Positions 56,037 to 64,000 of a DNA stretch of 64,000 nucleotides are shown here, one piece after another; the stretch's first letter is position 1, and each line of letters begins with the position of its first letter. The DNA is taken from positions 18,648 through 82,647 of the forward strand of contig CAISLM010000072.1 in the NCBI GenBank assembly GCA_903886255.1, in the 5' to 3' direction. The position numbers and the translations under genes were made by a program. The notes below the pieces were generated by a model that ran no database searches, was not told where the DNA came from, and worked only from the letters and a program-made list of their open reading frames with translations. Origin of the DNA: Candidatus Collierbacteria bacterium. Its GTDB lineage: Bacteria > Patescibacteriota > Microgenomatia > UBA1400 > MFAQ01.

Positions 56037-57385
56037 AATTTTTTGTTTTCGTCGTTAGTTTTTGATTTTTCTTTGTAGAACATGCGGAGGAAATTTCTGG
56101 TTACAACCAAACCAGTAAAGAGAGAAATTAGAATTCCGAGGACAAGAGTAAAAGCAAAACCGCGTACCGATCCAGAAGTGTTCAAGAAACTCCAATCAAG
56201 AGGGTTGAAAAGAATTAACCCGGTGAGAATCGTGGCGGCGTTCGCGTCTTTGATGCTATTCCAGGCTCTACCGAAGGCGAGTTCGAGGGCGACTTTCCAG
56301 GCTCTACCGCCTCTAATTTCTTCTTTGTAACGCTCAAAAATGAGGATGTTGCTATCGACTGCCATACCAACAGAGAGAATGAAACCGGCGATGCCGGGAA
56401 GGCTAAGAACGACAGGAATTAATTTATAAAGGGCAAGAGTAATAATTCCATAGATGAATAAGCCAATTGAAGCGATAAGCCCAAGACGACCATAATAGGC
56501 AATCATGAAGAAAATAACCATTGAGAGGCCAATGGCACCTGCAGTAACGCTCTTTTTTATTGAGTCGGCACCTAGAGTAGCAGGAATATTTTTTTGGCTA
56601 AGAACCGAAACGGGAACAGGGAGAGCGCCGGCGTTTAACTGGACAGCAAGAGCTTTGGCTTCTTCGGTAGTAAATTTCCCGGTGATCTGAGCGTTGCCAT
56701 CGGTAATTGCGACTTGGACAGTGGGCATAGTGATGGGATAACCATCGAGAAGAATGGCGATTGGTTTGCCAAGATTATCTTTGGTCAGTTTGGCAAATTT
56801 TGTTTTTCCCGAATCTTTAAAAGAGATTGAAACGCCCGGCTGGCGGTCTTGAGTTTCGAAAGTAACCGCCGCTTTGGCCAAATCAGCTCCAGTTAAGTCT
56901 GTTGGGGTGAATCCTGTGAGTGTTGATGATTCTGTGGCAGTTTTTCCGGGAGTAAAGATGGGAAGTGCGAATTGCATTTTGGCAGTTTGACCAATAAGGT
57001 CAAGCGCCTGCTGTGAATCGGTGACACCGGGTAATTCGAGAATAAGCCGATAATCATTTCCCGATACTGCAGTTTTAATTCCTGATTCTGAGACTCCAAA
57101 AAGGTCAATGCGACGACTGATGACTGTTTTAACCGACTCTAAAGCGGTGGCACGATCTCCTTGGGCAATATCTTTCATATCTGCCGAAAGAGTAACTTGC
57201 AGACCACCTTTAATATCTAGACCTTCCTTCAGGTCAATTGGTTTTGATAGATCTAAGCTGCCAATCTGAAAATTTATTCTGGGAACTTGGAAATTAAATA
57301 TCTTTGCCGGCAAAACAACGTACAAAGACATTAAAGTTATTATGCAGATAAAAATAAAAACCTTTTGTGGTTTCTGAAGAGTCAT
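56033..57385 (-). CDS. secD: Protein translocase subunit SecD
   Basis: GLDIKGG, RRIDLFGVSE, LNAGALPVP, GMAVDSNILIFER. Confidence 0.95.
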   Translation of the reverse strand: MTLQKPQKVFIFICIITLMSLYVVLPAKIFNFQVPRINFQIGSLDLSKPIDLKEGLDIKGGLQVTLSADMKDIAQGDRATALESVKTVISRRIDLFGVSESGIKTAVSGNDYRLILELPGVTDSQQALDLIGQTAKMQFALPIFTPGKTATESSTLTGFTPTDLTGADLAKAAVTFETQDRQPGVSISFKDSGKTKFAKLTKDNLGKPIAILLDGYPITMPTVQVAITDGNAQITGKFTTEEAKALAVQLNAGALPVPVSVLSQKNIPATLGADSIKKSVTAGAIGLSMVIFFMIAYYGRLGLIASIGLFIYGIITLALYKLIPVVLSLPGIAGFILSVGMAVDSNILIFERYKEEIRGGRAWKVALELAFGRAWNSIKDANAATILTGLILFNPLDWSFLNTSGSVRGFAFTLVLGILISLFTGLVVTRNFLRMFYKEKSKTNDENKKL

Positions 57386-57394
57386 CGATATGAA

Positions 57395-57598
57395 TTATAT
57401 ATGTTTATTATGTCTATTTTTAGGGGAAAGTCCGAGACTTAGCTGATGACTATCAATGAAATTCACGATAAGAGAATTATTTAATTCTCTTTCTACTTCT
57501 ACTTGATCACCAGGTTTTAGTGATAGATCTTTTACAAGATTTGATGGCAAGGTAATACCAAGTGAGTTGCCGACTTTGAGAATTTTTTGAGTGGCCAT
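57395..57598 (-). CDS. AbrB/MazE/SpoVT-family DNA-binding protein
   Basis: KILKVGNSLGITLP..LSLKPGDQV. Confidence 0.85.
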   Translation of the reverse strand: MATQKILKVGNSLGITLPSNLVKDLSLKPGDQVEVERELNNSLIVNFIDSHQLSLGLSPKNRHNKHI

Positions 57599-58179
57599 CA
57601 GCTCAATAATTGAATTTCATCTCCTATTAGAGTGATACGGGGTTGGAGAAGAACCTTAATAATGAAAGGGTCCTGGTGATTTTTACGATAATTGAATTCA
57701 TCTTCAGTCATACATGAATAATTAATCTCTGTGTTAAGAAGTTTTTCGGCAGATTTTACAAGAATGGCGACTTGGGGCATGATAATTTTTCCAATCAACA
57801 TTAAATCGACTTCTTCCGGGTCGCGCTTTAAGCCGCGAGCAAGTTTTTGGGAAATAAAAGCAAATTTTACAAATCCAAGTTTACTTCGATTTTTGAGCAC
57901 CAATCTTCCAAGACCTGACGACTTTGAGATAAGGTTTGACAGCTCGGGGTAAATAGAGAATGAAGTTTTAACTGAGTAGTAAAGCCGGTTTCCACGCTTT
58001 TCACTTTTTAGCAATCCGGCTTTTTGTAAGTGTTCCAGCTCTCGTCTAACAGCATTTATTTCTTCTTTAGTGGCTCTTGTAAGTTCACGGACATAGAACA
58101 TGTTTTTGGAGTCCGAAAGAAATATCTTTAGAAGCTTGACTCTAACTTTAGAAATGATTAAGTCTGATAGTTTGGCCAT
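57598..58179 (-). CDS. Winged-helix regulator fused to a degenerate nucleotidyltransferase-like domain
   Basis: YVRELTR..INAVRRELEHL..GNRLYY; C-terminal FAFIS..ARG..EVDLMLIG..EINY. Confidence 0.72.
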   Translation of the reverse strand: MAKLSDLIISKVRVKLLKIFLSDSKNMFYVRELTRATKEEINAVRRELEHLQKAGLLKSEKRGNRLYYSVKTSFSIYPELSNLISKSSGLGRLVLKNRSKLGFVKFAFISQKLARGLKRDPEEVDLMLIGKIIMPQVAILVKSAEKLLNTEINYSCMTEDEFNYRKNHQDPFIIKVLLQPRITLIGDEIQLLS

Positions 58180-58199
58180 ATATTGGGCAGGCCCGTAGA

Positions 58200-59426
58200 C
58201 TAATTGTACTCGACTTTATCGCCCGTGGGTAATATTTCTACCCAGATGACTCCAGGGGTGAATGTGATTTCCTTACCCGATTGATCATAATAGATAGTTC
58301 TATCCAGCTCTTTGAGCTTTTTCCAAGTTACCTGCTCCGCCACGCCATTTCTGAAGACAATTCCGGTTCCGCTACCGATAACTCCATAGAAAAGATGCAG
58401 GTGAACATCAAGATCGTCGATTTCTTTGGCGAATTCGATGACGATATTTGAGGTACTTAGTTGTTTTTTTGTTTCCAAGTCTATGGCTGCTGTGCCACCC
58501 TGGCTTCTAAGGTAAGTTTTTGTGGCAGCATCATATTTCCATTCGGTGTCAAAGTCGGTGTAGCCTTTCCAAAATTCGAATTTTATATCGGTTGCAGGGG
58601 TTGTGCCGGCAACTGGTTCTGCTTCGTCTAACTTCCAAGGCCTAAACCCACTTAACCAAGTGGTTCCCTTGGGCATGGCAGAAGTATAGCCACGTTTCTG
58701 AGCCTCGTTCCAGGCTGCGGGAAGATAGCCGACCATGGTGTGTTCTGTGGCTAAAACCTTATCTGCACCAAGACGATTGTAATCACGGCCTAGGACAGGC
58801 ATTCCAATGTCTCCAGTGCTGTCAAAATCATTGCCGCCCGGTTTTCTCCAGCCGAGCCTGGCTAGCTCTTCGATGGCCATGGCTCTTGGGTCGGAAGTGC
58901 ATTGACCTGAGGCCTGGTCACGACTACAGTTTCCACCACCGACATGGAGATAAATGGGGGTGTTGTACTCAGTGGCCAAATCAACAAAATACATACGAGC
59001 AGATCTAACTGGGGCAACTTTGGCATTATCTGCCTGGGCACCGCAGTAGAAAACTCCCATAAAGCGGGTGATTCCTCCTTCAGCGACGGCCTCATAGACA
59101 ACATCTGCGGAAGAAAGGCCTGACTGTGGACGTGCATCAACATGGTTTTCAATCATGGCGAGTATCGGGCGGCGTGTTTGCCATAGAGCTTCTTCCGATT
59201 TGCTGTAAAGCTTTCCATTGATTGGACATGGTTGTGTTTGAGGTTCGTTGGCAAATTGACCGAAACCTGCGGATTTGACCGGGGTCTCTGAAGGAGCAGC
59301 AATCCTTGGTGAAATTAAAGCTCCACCGGAAGCGGGGACGACTGCGTAAGCGACACCACCGGAAATTAAAAAGGTGGCGACTAAACCAACGACAGTTTTG
59401 ATTGAAAAAAGTTTAACTGAAGACAT
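58200..59426 (-). CDS. DUF3048 (YerB-like) exported protein
   Basis: MIENHVDARPQSGL..ADVVYEAVAEGGITR, PVRSAR. Confidence 0.82.
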   Translation of the reverse strand: MSSVKLFSIKTVVGLVATFLISGGVAYAVVPASGGALISPRIAAPSETPVKSAGFGQFANEPQTQPCPINGKLYSKSEEALWQTRRPILAMIENHVDARPQSGLSSADVVYEAVAEGGITRFMGVFYCGAQADNAKVAPVRSARMYFVDLATEYNTPIYLHVGGGNCSRDQASGQCTSDPRAMAIEELARLGWRKPGGNDFDSTGDIGMPVLGRDYNRLGADKVLATEHTMVGYLPAAWNEAQKRGYTSAMPKGTTWLSGFRPWKLDEAEPVAGTTPATDIKFEFWKGYTDFDTEWKYDAATKTYLRSQGGTAAIDLETKKQLSTSNIVIEFAKEIDDLDVHLHLFYGVIGSGTGIVFRNGVAEQVTWKKLKELDRTIYYDQSGKEITFTPGVIWVEILPTGDKVEYN

Positions 59427-59429
59427 GAA

Positions 59430-59882
59430 TTATTTTAATGCTTGTTTGATAACTTCTTGTTCTTCGCTACTAAGAGTCTGGGCGTTTACTTTTCCGCCGG
59501 CAACTTTTTTGGCATAAAGCCTAGTATTTTCGCGACTATGTAATGAGCTTATCATAATCCCGTCTCCTAAGTCATCTAAAAAGGCTGCAGTAAAGCTTTG
59601 ATCTCCACCAGTATCTGTGAATGGATTATATCTTTTGAAGCCGAGCCTTTGGAGATGTTTTTTGTTATCTTCGATATCTTTATTCAGTTTGTTGTTTAAC
59701 ATTTCGATATCTTTGGTATTTCTTTCTGAATTTGAGATCAGTTGATTTAGAGAGGATATTAGATCTTTTTTGGAGACATCTGATGTGAGACGTCGATAGT
59801 GAAGAAGCATTCTAACAAGAAGGATTGTGACCACGATGAGCCACAAAGCAAGAAAGCCAAATAGATAAATTGTTGGTATCAT
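59430..59882 (-). CDS. DUF4446-family membrane-anchored protein
   Basis: RYNPFTDTGGDQSF..SSLHSRENTRLYAK..LSSEE. Confidence 0.8.
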   Translation of the reverse strand: MIPTIYLFGFLALWLIVVTILLVRMLLHYRRLTSDVSKKDLISSLNQLISNSERNTKDIEMLNNKLNKDIEDNKKHLQRLGFKRYNPFTDTGGDQSFTAAFLDDLGDGIMISSLHSRENTRLYAKKVAGGKVNAQTLSSEEQEVIKQALK

Positions 59883-59911
59883 AGACGTATTAAGTTTATT
59901 ATACTTGAACC

Positions 59912-60154
59912 ATGAACCGAAATCGAAAAACAAGAAAAGAAAAAATTAGGAGCGAGAATAGGCGTAAAGATAGTCAGACATTTCAAGTTAAAGAGGAGTG
60001 GCTTAAAACAGGCACAAATAAAGAAAAAATGGTAGTTCTTTCGGATGAGCCTGAAAATAAATATTTGAGATTGGACTTGACAAAGACTTTTCTTCTATCT
60101 ATGCTTGTCCTAGCCTTGGAGTTAGCTTTCTGGCAGTATTTATCAAGGCACTAA
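59912..60154 (+). CDS. Small protein with a basic N-terminus and C-terminal TM helix
   Basis: RKTRKEKI...DLTKTFLLSMLVLALEL. Confidence 0.65.
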   Translation: MNRNRKTRKEKIRSENRRKDSQTFQVKEEWLKTGTNKEKMVVLSDEPENKYLRLDLTKTFLLSMLVLALELAFWQYLSRH

Positions 60155-60181
60155 CATAAAGAAAGGGGGTGAACCAAGAAA

Positions 60182-60322
60182 ATGCAGATCTATTGTGTAA
60201 AATGTAGAGCCAAAAAAGAAGTGGCTGAATTCGAAAGAGTAACTATGAAAAATGGTAAACCAGCCGTTAAAGCTGTTTGCCCAACCTGTGGAACAAAGAT
60301 GTTCAAAATCGGCGCTAAATAA
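60182..60322 (+). CDS. 46-aa zinc-finger protein (DUF5679-like)
   Basis: Translated by hand: MQIYCVKCRAKKE..MKNGKPAVKAVCPTCGTKMFKIGAK; GGGGGTGA SD. Confidence 0.8.
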   Translation: MQIYCVKCRAKKEVAEFERVTMKNGKPAVKAVCPTCGTKMFKIGAK

Positions 60323-60384
60323 AAGCCCGTCAAAAGACCCAAAGGAGAGCAATCAATTTTGGGTTTTTTGTTGGAAAAAAAGTT

Positions 60385-61077
60385 TTACTTCTTCTTGATA
60401 TTTTTGTACCAACCTTCGAGAAGAGATTTAACTAAATCTTTTGATCCAAGCCCCAAGCTAATGCCAATGGCTAAAGCCAGTGCGGCGATAAAACCGGTGA
60501 AGGTTGTTTCAATAAATGTTCGGGCAATGCCGAGCTGGGAAATGGCAGCAAGAATAAACATCGTCATTGTGGCGTAGCTAACGACTTTTCCAATAAGACG
60601 AGAGAAAGCAGGATCTTGTGAACCAAGAGATCCCTTGACCATCTTTTCTAAAAATCCGGAAACTACAACTCCGACGACAAGAATGATTATGGCTGCAATT
60701 AATGTTGGGATGCCAAGAATAATACTGCTTAAAAACTCACTGACTGAAGTTAGGCCGAGAACATTTATGCTGGCAACAAAAAATAAGGCGATTGTAATCC
60801 AACGAATGATTTCACCGATGATAACCTCGATCTTTCCGGTCATTTGGGCATTTTTCAAAAACTCTTTGATGGCGGCGTTTTTGATGGCTCCGTCAAGCTT
60901 GGCCAGATTAAGCAGTTTGACTGTAAGCGATTTTAACCAACCGGCAAGGATAAGACCGAGCAAGAACAACACAATTGCCCCTAATAGGCTGGGTATGAAG
61001 CTGACTATGCCTACAAGAACCTGGTTAAAGGCTAAAGAGAGAGAGTTTTCGAAAGAAAAAACAAAGTTTGATTGCAT
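60385..61077 (-). CDS. TM-helix-repeat (CmpX/MscS N-terminal-like) membrane protein
   Basis: IPSLLGAIVL and IPTLIAAIII repeats, AISQLGI, SLGLGSKD. Confidence 0.75.
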   Translation of the reverse strand: MQSNFVFSFENSLSLAFNQVLVGIVSFIPSLLGAIVLFLLGLILAGWLKSLTVKLLNLAKLDGAIKNAAIKEFLKNAQMTGKIEVIIGEIIRWITIALFFVASINVLGLTSVSEFLSSIILGIPTLIAAIIILVVGVVVSGFLEKMVKGSLGSQDPAFSRLIGKVVSYATMTMFILAAISQLGIARTFIETTFTGFIAALALAIGISLGLGSKDLVKSLLEGWYKNIKKK

Positions 61078-61113
61078 GGCTATATCTTATAGAGAATTAG
61101 TGATTTAGTCAAC

Positions 61114-61137
61114 AAAAAGTCCCGCCGGAGCGGGACT
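61114..61137 (-). terminator. Intrinsic terminator
   Basis: AGTCCCGC-cgga-GCGGGACT with a minus-strand T run. Confidence 0.75.
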
Positions 61138-61152
61138 GACAAATGATTTAGG

Positions 61153-61455
61153 TTATCTAAATTCAATCTTTGTACTAGGTTTCACCTCAAAGACACAGGC
61201 AATGTTAATAACTACAATGTCTTTTCGGTCTCTTTTTTCATCGTACAGCTTGATTAGTTTAGCTTCGAGGTCTGCTTGGTCTTCAAAAACATAAGTTTCC
61301 GTCGTATTGATGATGTCGTCGTGTGCGGGATAGCCATGTCCGGGATTGGTTCTGGATCTTTCATCCCCTTCAACATGATGAGTTTCGGTTTTGAAAATGA
61401 GCAAAAGAAAATGGTGTTTTTGGGTGATATCTTGGGGAGAACTAACCTTGACCAT
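61153..61455 (-). CDS. Orphan hypothetical protein (SD-led cassette)
   Basis: GGAGG SD; TTGCAT-16-TATAAT promoter at 61497-61524; motif EGDERSRTNPGHGYPAH. Confidence 0.7.
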   Translation of the reverse strand: MVKVSSPQDITQKHHFLLLIFKTETHHVEGDERSRTNPGHGYPAHDDIINTTETYVFEDQADLEAKLIKLYDEKRDRKDIVVINIACVFEVKPSTKIEFR

Positions 61456-61591
61456 TCTTGCCTCCGTTTTGGACTGATTTAAGGTTCTTGTGCGTAATTA
61501 TAGCAAAACTGGCGAAAAATGCAACATTATAGGAGATTGCGACCACATTGACTGCGGTGTTTGATATAAGAGCTTGCTCTTATGTGGTTGG

Positions 61592-61692
61592 TATAAGAGC
61601 TTACTCCGCCTCCTTTCAATAACAGCTGTTATTGAAATGTCGTTGTGCGTTTCCTCTTATATCTACGCCGATAACTATATTATCGTCTTGAT
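61592..61692. repeat. Structured repeat, family 3, copy A
   Basis: TATAAGAG...CTCTTATA outer stem, ATAAC/GTTAT inner hairpin and a second hairpin; homologous to 63414-63514. Confidence 0.7.
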
Positions 61693-61703
61693 ATAATATA
61701 CGT

Positions 61704-62013
61704 ACTCCCGGGTGCTGGTGAGGAACGCCCCGCCTATGGCGGGGAGGAAAGTCCGGACAGCAAAAAGGAAGGGTGACCAAGGAAACTTGGTTCCATTTAG
61801 GGCGACCTAAGTGGCGCGATAGGGCCACAGAGACGAATAAAGGTGAAACGCTCTTGGATACAAGAGATTCCATAAGAGTAATTTTATGGAAGTGGTAACC
61901 CGCCCCGCTGCAATCGACGAATTGGGATTAAGGTGCCTTTTCCGTCCCAGAAGTCTCGAGCATTAGATAGATGTTCCTCCTAGACAAAATCCGGCTTACT
62001 ATGGCCCGGGGGT
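61704..62013 (+). ncRNA. rnpB: RNase P RNA (compact form)
   Basis: GAGGAAAGTCC, ACAGAGAC, GGTGAAAC, ACAAAATCCGGCTTAC; P1 pairs ACTCCCGGG with CCCGGGGGT; TGnTATAAT at 61689-61697. Confidence 0.93.
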
Positions 62014-62044
62014 CCCGAAAGGGTCTGCCTCAATGGCAGATAAA

Positions 62045-63040
62045 TTATTGAAGTTCGGGAACGTTCGTCGTTTTATTAAATCTGACGTGGGTAAGAAGTA
62101 CTTTGATCGAAAGTACTAATGGAATGGCGAGAACTGACATGAGCGGCCCACCAATTTTTAGACCCATCATGACGGCCAAGATAGTAATGATAGGATTTAA
62201 ACCTGCGGCATGCTTCATGACTGTTGGGGTAATCAAATTGTTTTCTAGTTGGTGAATTAATATCGAGACAACGAGAGCACCCAAACCCAAAGCTGGAGAG
62301 ATTGAAAAACCGACTATGGCAGCAGGAATGGCTGCAACAACGGGTCCAATGCTAGGAATAATTTCCAACAAACCCGCTATCAGTGTTAATGGAAGAACAT
62401 ATGGAATGCCGATAATCGAAAAACCAATGAAGGCCAAGATGCCGATAATCAGCATCAAGATTAATTCTCCCCTGAACCAGTTTCCAATTTGGACTTCCAA
62501 CTCGTTAACTACTTTGTAATAGGCTTCCCCTTTTTGGCCAAACCAAACCTTTAGGTCTGTTTCAATTTTTGATCTCTCTTGAAGCAGATAAAAACTCATA
62601 ACTATTACGGCTAAAACCGATATTGCACCGGTTAGGGTATCGATGGCAAAATTGAAAAATTTGCCAGGCACACTACCGATTTGTGAAGAAAAATCATTAA
62701 AATCTAGCTGATAAGGTAGTACTTTATTTGTGAGGTCAGGGAGTCTTTGAAATAATTGTTGCGTTTGAGTAATTATTGGGGAGATAACTGTGGAGATGGC
62801 AAAAACAAAAATAGAAAAGACTGTTATCAAAATCAAAATTGAAGAGACACCGCGATGGATTTTTTTATTTTCCAATTTTTGAACGAGTGGACTGATTGAG
62901 AATGAAATAATCAGTGAGGCAAACAACAAGATTAATATGTTATACGTACTGGCAAAGAAAAAGATTGCAGCAACTATTACTAATATTCGAAAAATCGAGG
63001 ATAGGGAGATATCAATAACCACATGGCGTTTTTTAAGCAT
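62045..63040 (-). CDS. AI-2E family transporter
   Basis: GLLEIIPSIGP, HQLENNLITP, GLNP. Confidence 0.9.
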   Translation of the reverse strand: MLKKRHVVIDISLSSIFRILVIVAAIFFFASTYNILILLFASLIISFSISPLVQKLENKKIHRGVSSILILITVFSIFVFAISTVISPIITQTQQLFQRLPDLTNKVLPYQLDFNDFSSQIGSVPGKFFNFAIDTLTGAISVLAVIVMSFYLLQERSKIETDLKVWFGQKGEAYYKVVNELEVQIGNWFRGELILMLIIGILAFIGFSIIGIPYVLPLTLIAGLLEIIPSIGPVVAAIPAAIVGFSISPALGLGALVVSILIHQLENNLITPTVMKHAAGLNPIITILAVMMGLKIGGPLMSVLAIPLVLSIKVLLTHVRFNKTTNVPELQ

Positions 63041-64000
63041 TTTGGAAATATTTTTTCAATTCTTTTATCAGCAAGTTTCTATCTATGTCTTTATCATACC
63101 AAACAATGTCATTTTGTTTTTTGAACCAGACAATTTGTCTTCTGGCATAGTCGGCTTCGGCATTTGTCCACTGTTCCACTAACTGATTTTTGGTTATATT
63201 TCCGCTTAAAAAGTTAATTATTTGAGATACACCAAGACCGGTATAGATAGGAAGAGTATGGTCCGGATAATTTTTGATTAATCTATTTACTTCATCGATA
63301 GCCCCTTCATCAATTCTTTTAATTACCCTATTTTTAATATTTGTTTTGAGTGTATTTTTGTCGGGCATTAAACCGATCCAACGAAAATTAACTTCAGAAA
63401 ATGGTGTTACTTGTATAAGAGCTTGCTCGTGTTTTGTCGATAACTGCGTTATCTTTACTAAACACTTGTGCTTCCTCTTATATTCGCTTGTAACTTCGTT
63501 ACAATGCTTGAATATGGATTCCGGGTCAAGCCCGGAATGACTTTCCGAAATTTCGATTTGCCTAATTAAACGACGGGGGTTCATTATGTCAGAATGGTTT
63601 AACGATGAGAATTTTTCAGGATTTTCTTTTTGCAATAGGCCTTGAAGTTCAGATAGAGATAATTTTTCCAATTTCTGACGTAATTTTTGATTGGGAGGAA
63701 TTAAGATATTGGAAAGATTTTGCGTAATGGCTTTAAGATAGAGCCCCGTACCGCCGACAATTACGAGAGGGGTATTTGTATCCTTAGAATTCTGAATTAT
63801 TTTTTGAGAGTATCGGACAAAATCAGCGAGATTCGCAGTTTCATCCGGTTCAAACAAATCGTGTCCGAAAATATTTATTCCTTTGGGTAAACTGTCCGGA
63901 ATATCCTTACCGGAGATTATGTCCAAACTTTTGTAAACTTGTCTGGAATCAACGGAAAGAATGTTAACTTTGGGAAGAGCTTTAGCTAATTGAAGTGCCA
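63033..64000 (-). CDS. miaA: tRNA dimethylallyltransferase (5' end outside the window) with an in-frame repeat insertion
   Basis: Frame open to the window end (SVDSRQVYKSLDI); VGGTGLYLKA, NPRRLIR, YARRQIVWF. Confidence 0.93.
   Translation of the reverse strand, partial: ALQLAKALPKVNILSVDSRQVYKSLDIISGKDIPDSLPKGINIFGHDLFEPDETANLADFVRYSQKIIQNSKDTNTPLVIVGGTGLYLKAITQNLSNILIPPNQKLRQKLEKLSLSELQGLLQKENPEKFSSLNHSDIMNPRRLIRQIEISESHSGLDPESIFKHCNEVTSEYKRKHKCLVKITQLSTKHEQALIQVTPFSEVNFRWIGLMPDKNTLKTNIKNRVIKRIDEGAIDEVNRLIKNYPDHTLPIYTGLGVSQIINFLSGNITKNQLVEQWTNAEADYARRQIVWFKKQNDIVWYDKDIDRNLLIKELKKYFQNA
63414..63541. repeat. Family 3 repeat (copy B) plus family 2 REP, inside miaA
   Basis: TATAAGAG(63414)...CTCTTATA(63482), TTGTAAC-ttc-GTTACAA, then TGGATTCCGGGTCAAGCCCGGAATGAC (63515-63541). 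Confidence 0.75.

Noticed and set aside
61616-61873. 85-aa minus-strand ORF
   Set aside because: It is antisense to RNase P RNA and the upstream repeat.
1-64000. Alternative genetic code (UGA=Gly), prophage or intact IS element
   Set aside because: Conserved genes are uninterrupted in code 11 and several end in TGA; no phage structural, integrase or transposase ORF was recognised.

Overview
A gene-dense, AT-rich bacterial chromosome segment read with genetic code 11. It is inferred to come from a CPR/Patescibacteria (Microgenomates-like) organism, based on the short proS, ACT-less RelA/SpoT homolog, compact RNase P RNA and conserved small hypotheticals. Housekeeping genes include proS, lgt, lon, dtd, rarA, nadE, nadD, gltX, cca, secD/secF, msrA/msrB, miaA, rnpB and tRNA-Gln(CTG). 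There are also three type IV ABC exporter subunits, cell-wall enzymes, redox/metal stress genes, and a decayed island at tRNA-Gln (recombinase tail, Asp-box surface protein, atypical kinase, ArsR/thioredoxin/permease cluster). No CRISPR array, rRNA or intact transposase was found. Main observations: (1) core genes appear leaderless, while scattered accessory genes are self-contained cassettes (promoter, boxA-like motif, Shine-Dalgarno, terminator); (2) a structured ~70-100 nt repeat sits upstream of rnpB and is also inserted in-frame in miaA next to a REP-like palindrome; (3) a leader-peptide attenuator precedes an ABC exporter; (4) several unusual architectures occur (glycosyltransferase-YjjX fusion, ATP-cone-nuclease, CCA enzyme with an NxD site and Zn ribbon, divergent kinase). 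All family assignments come from motif recognition by eye; no database search was run.
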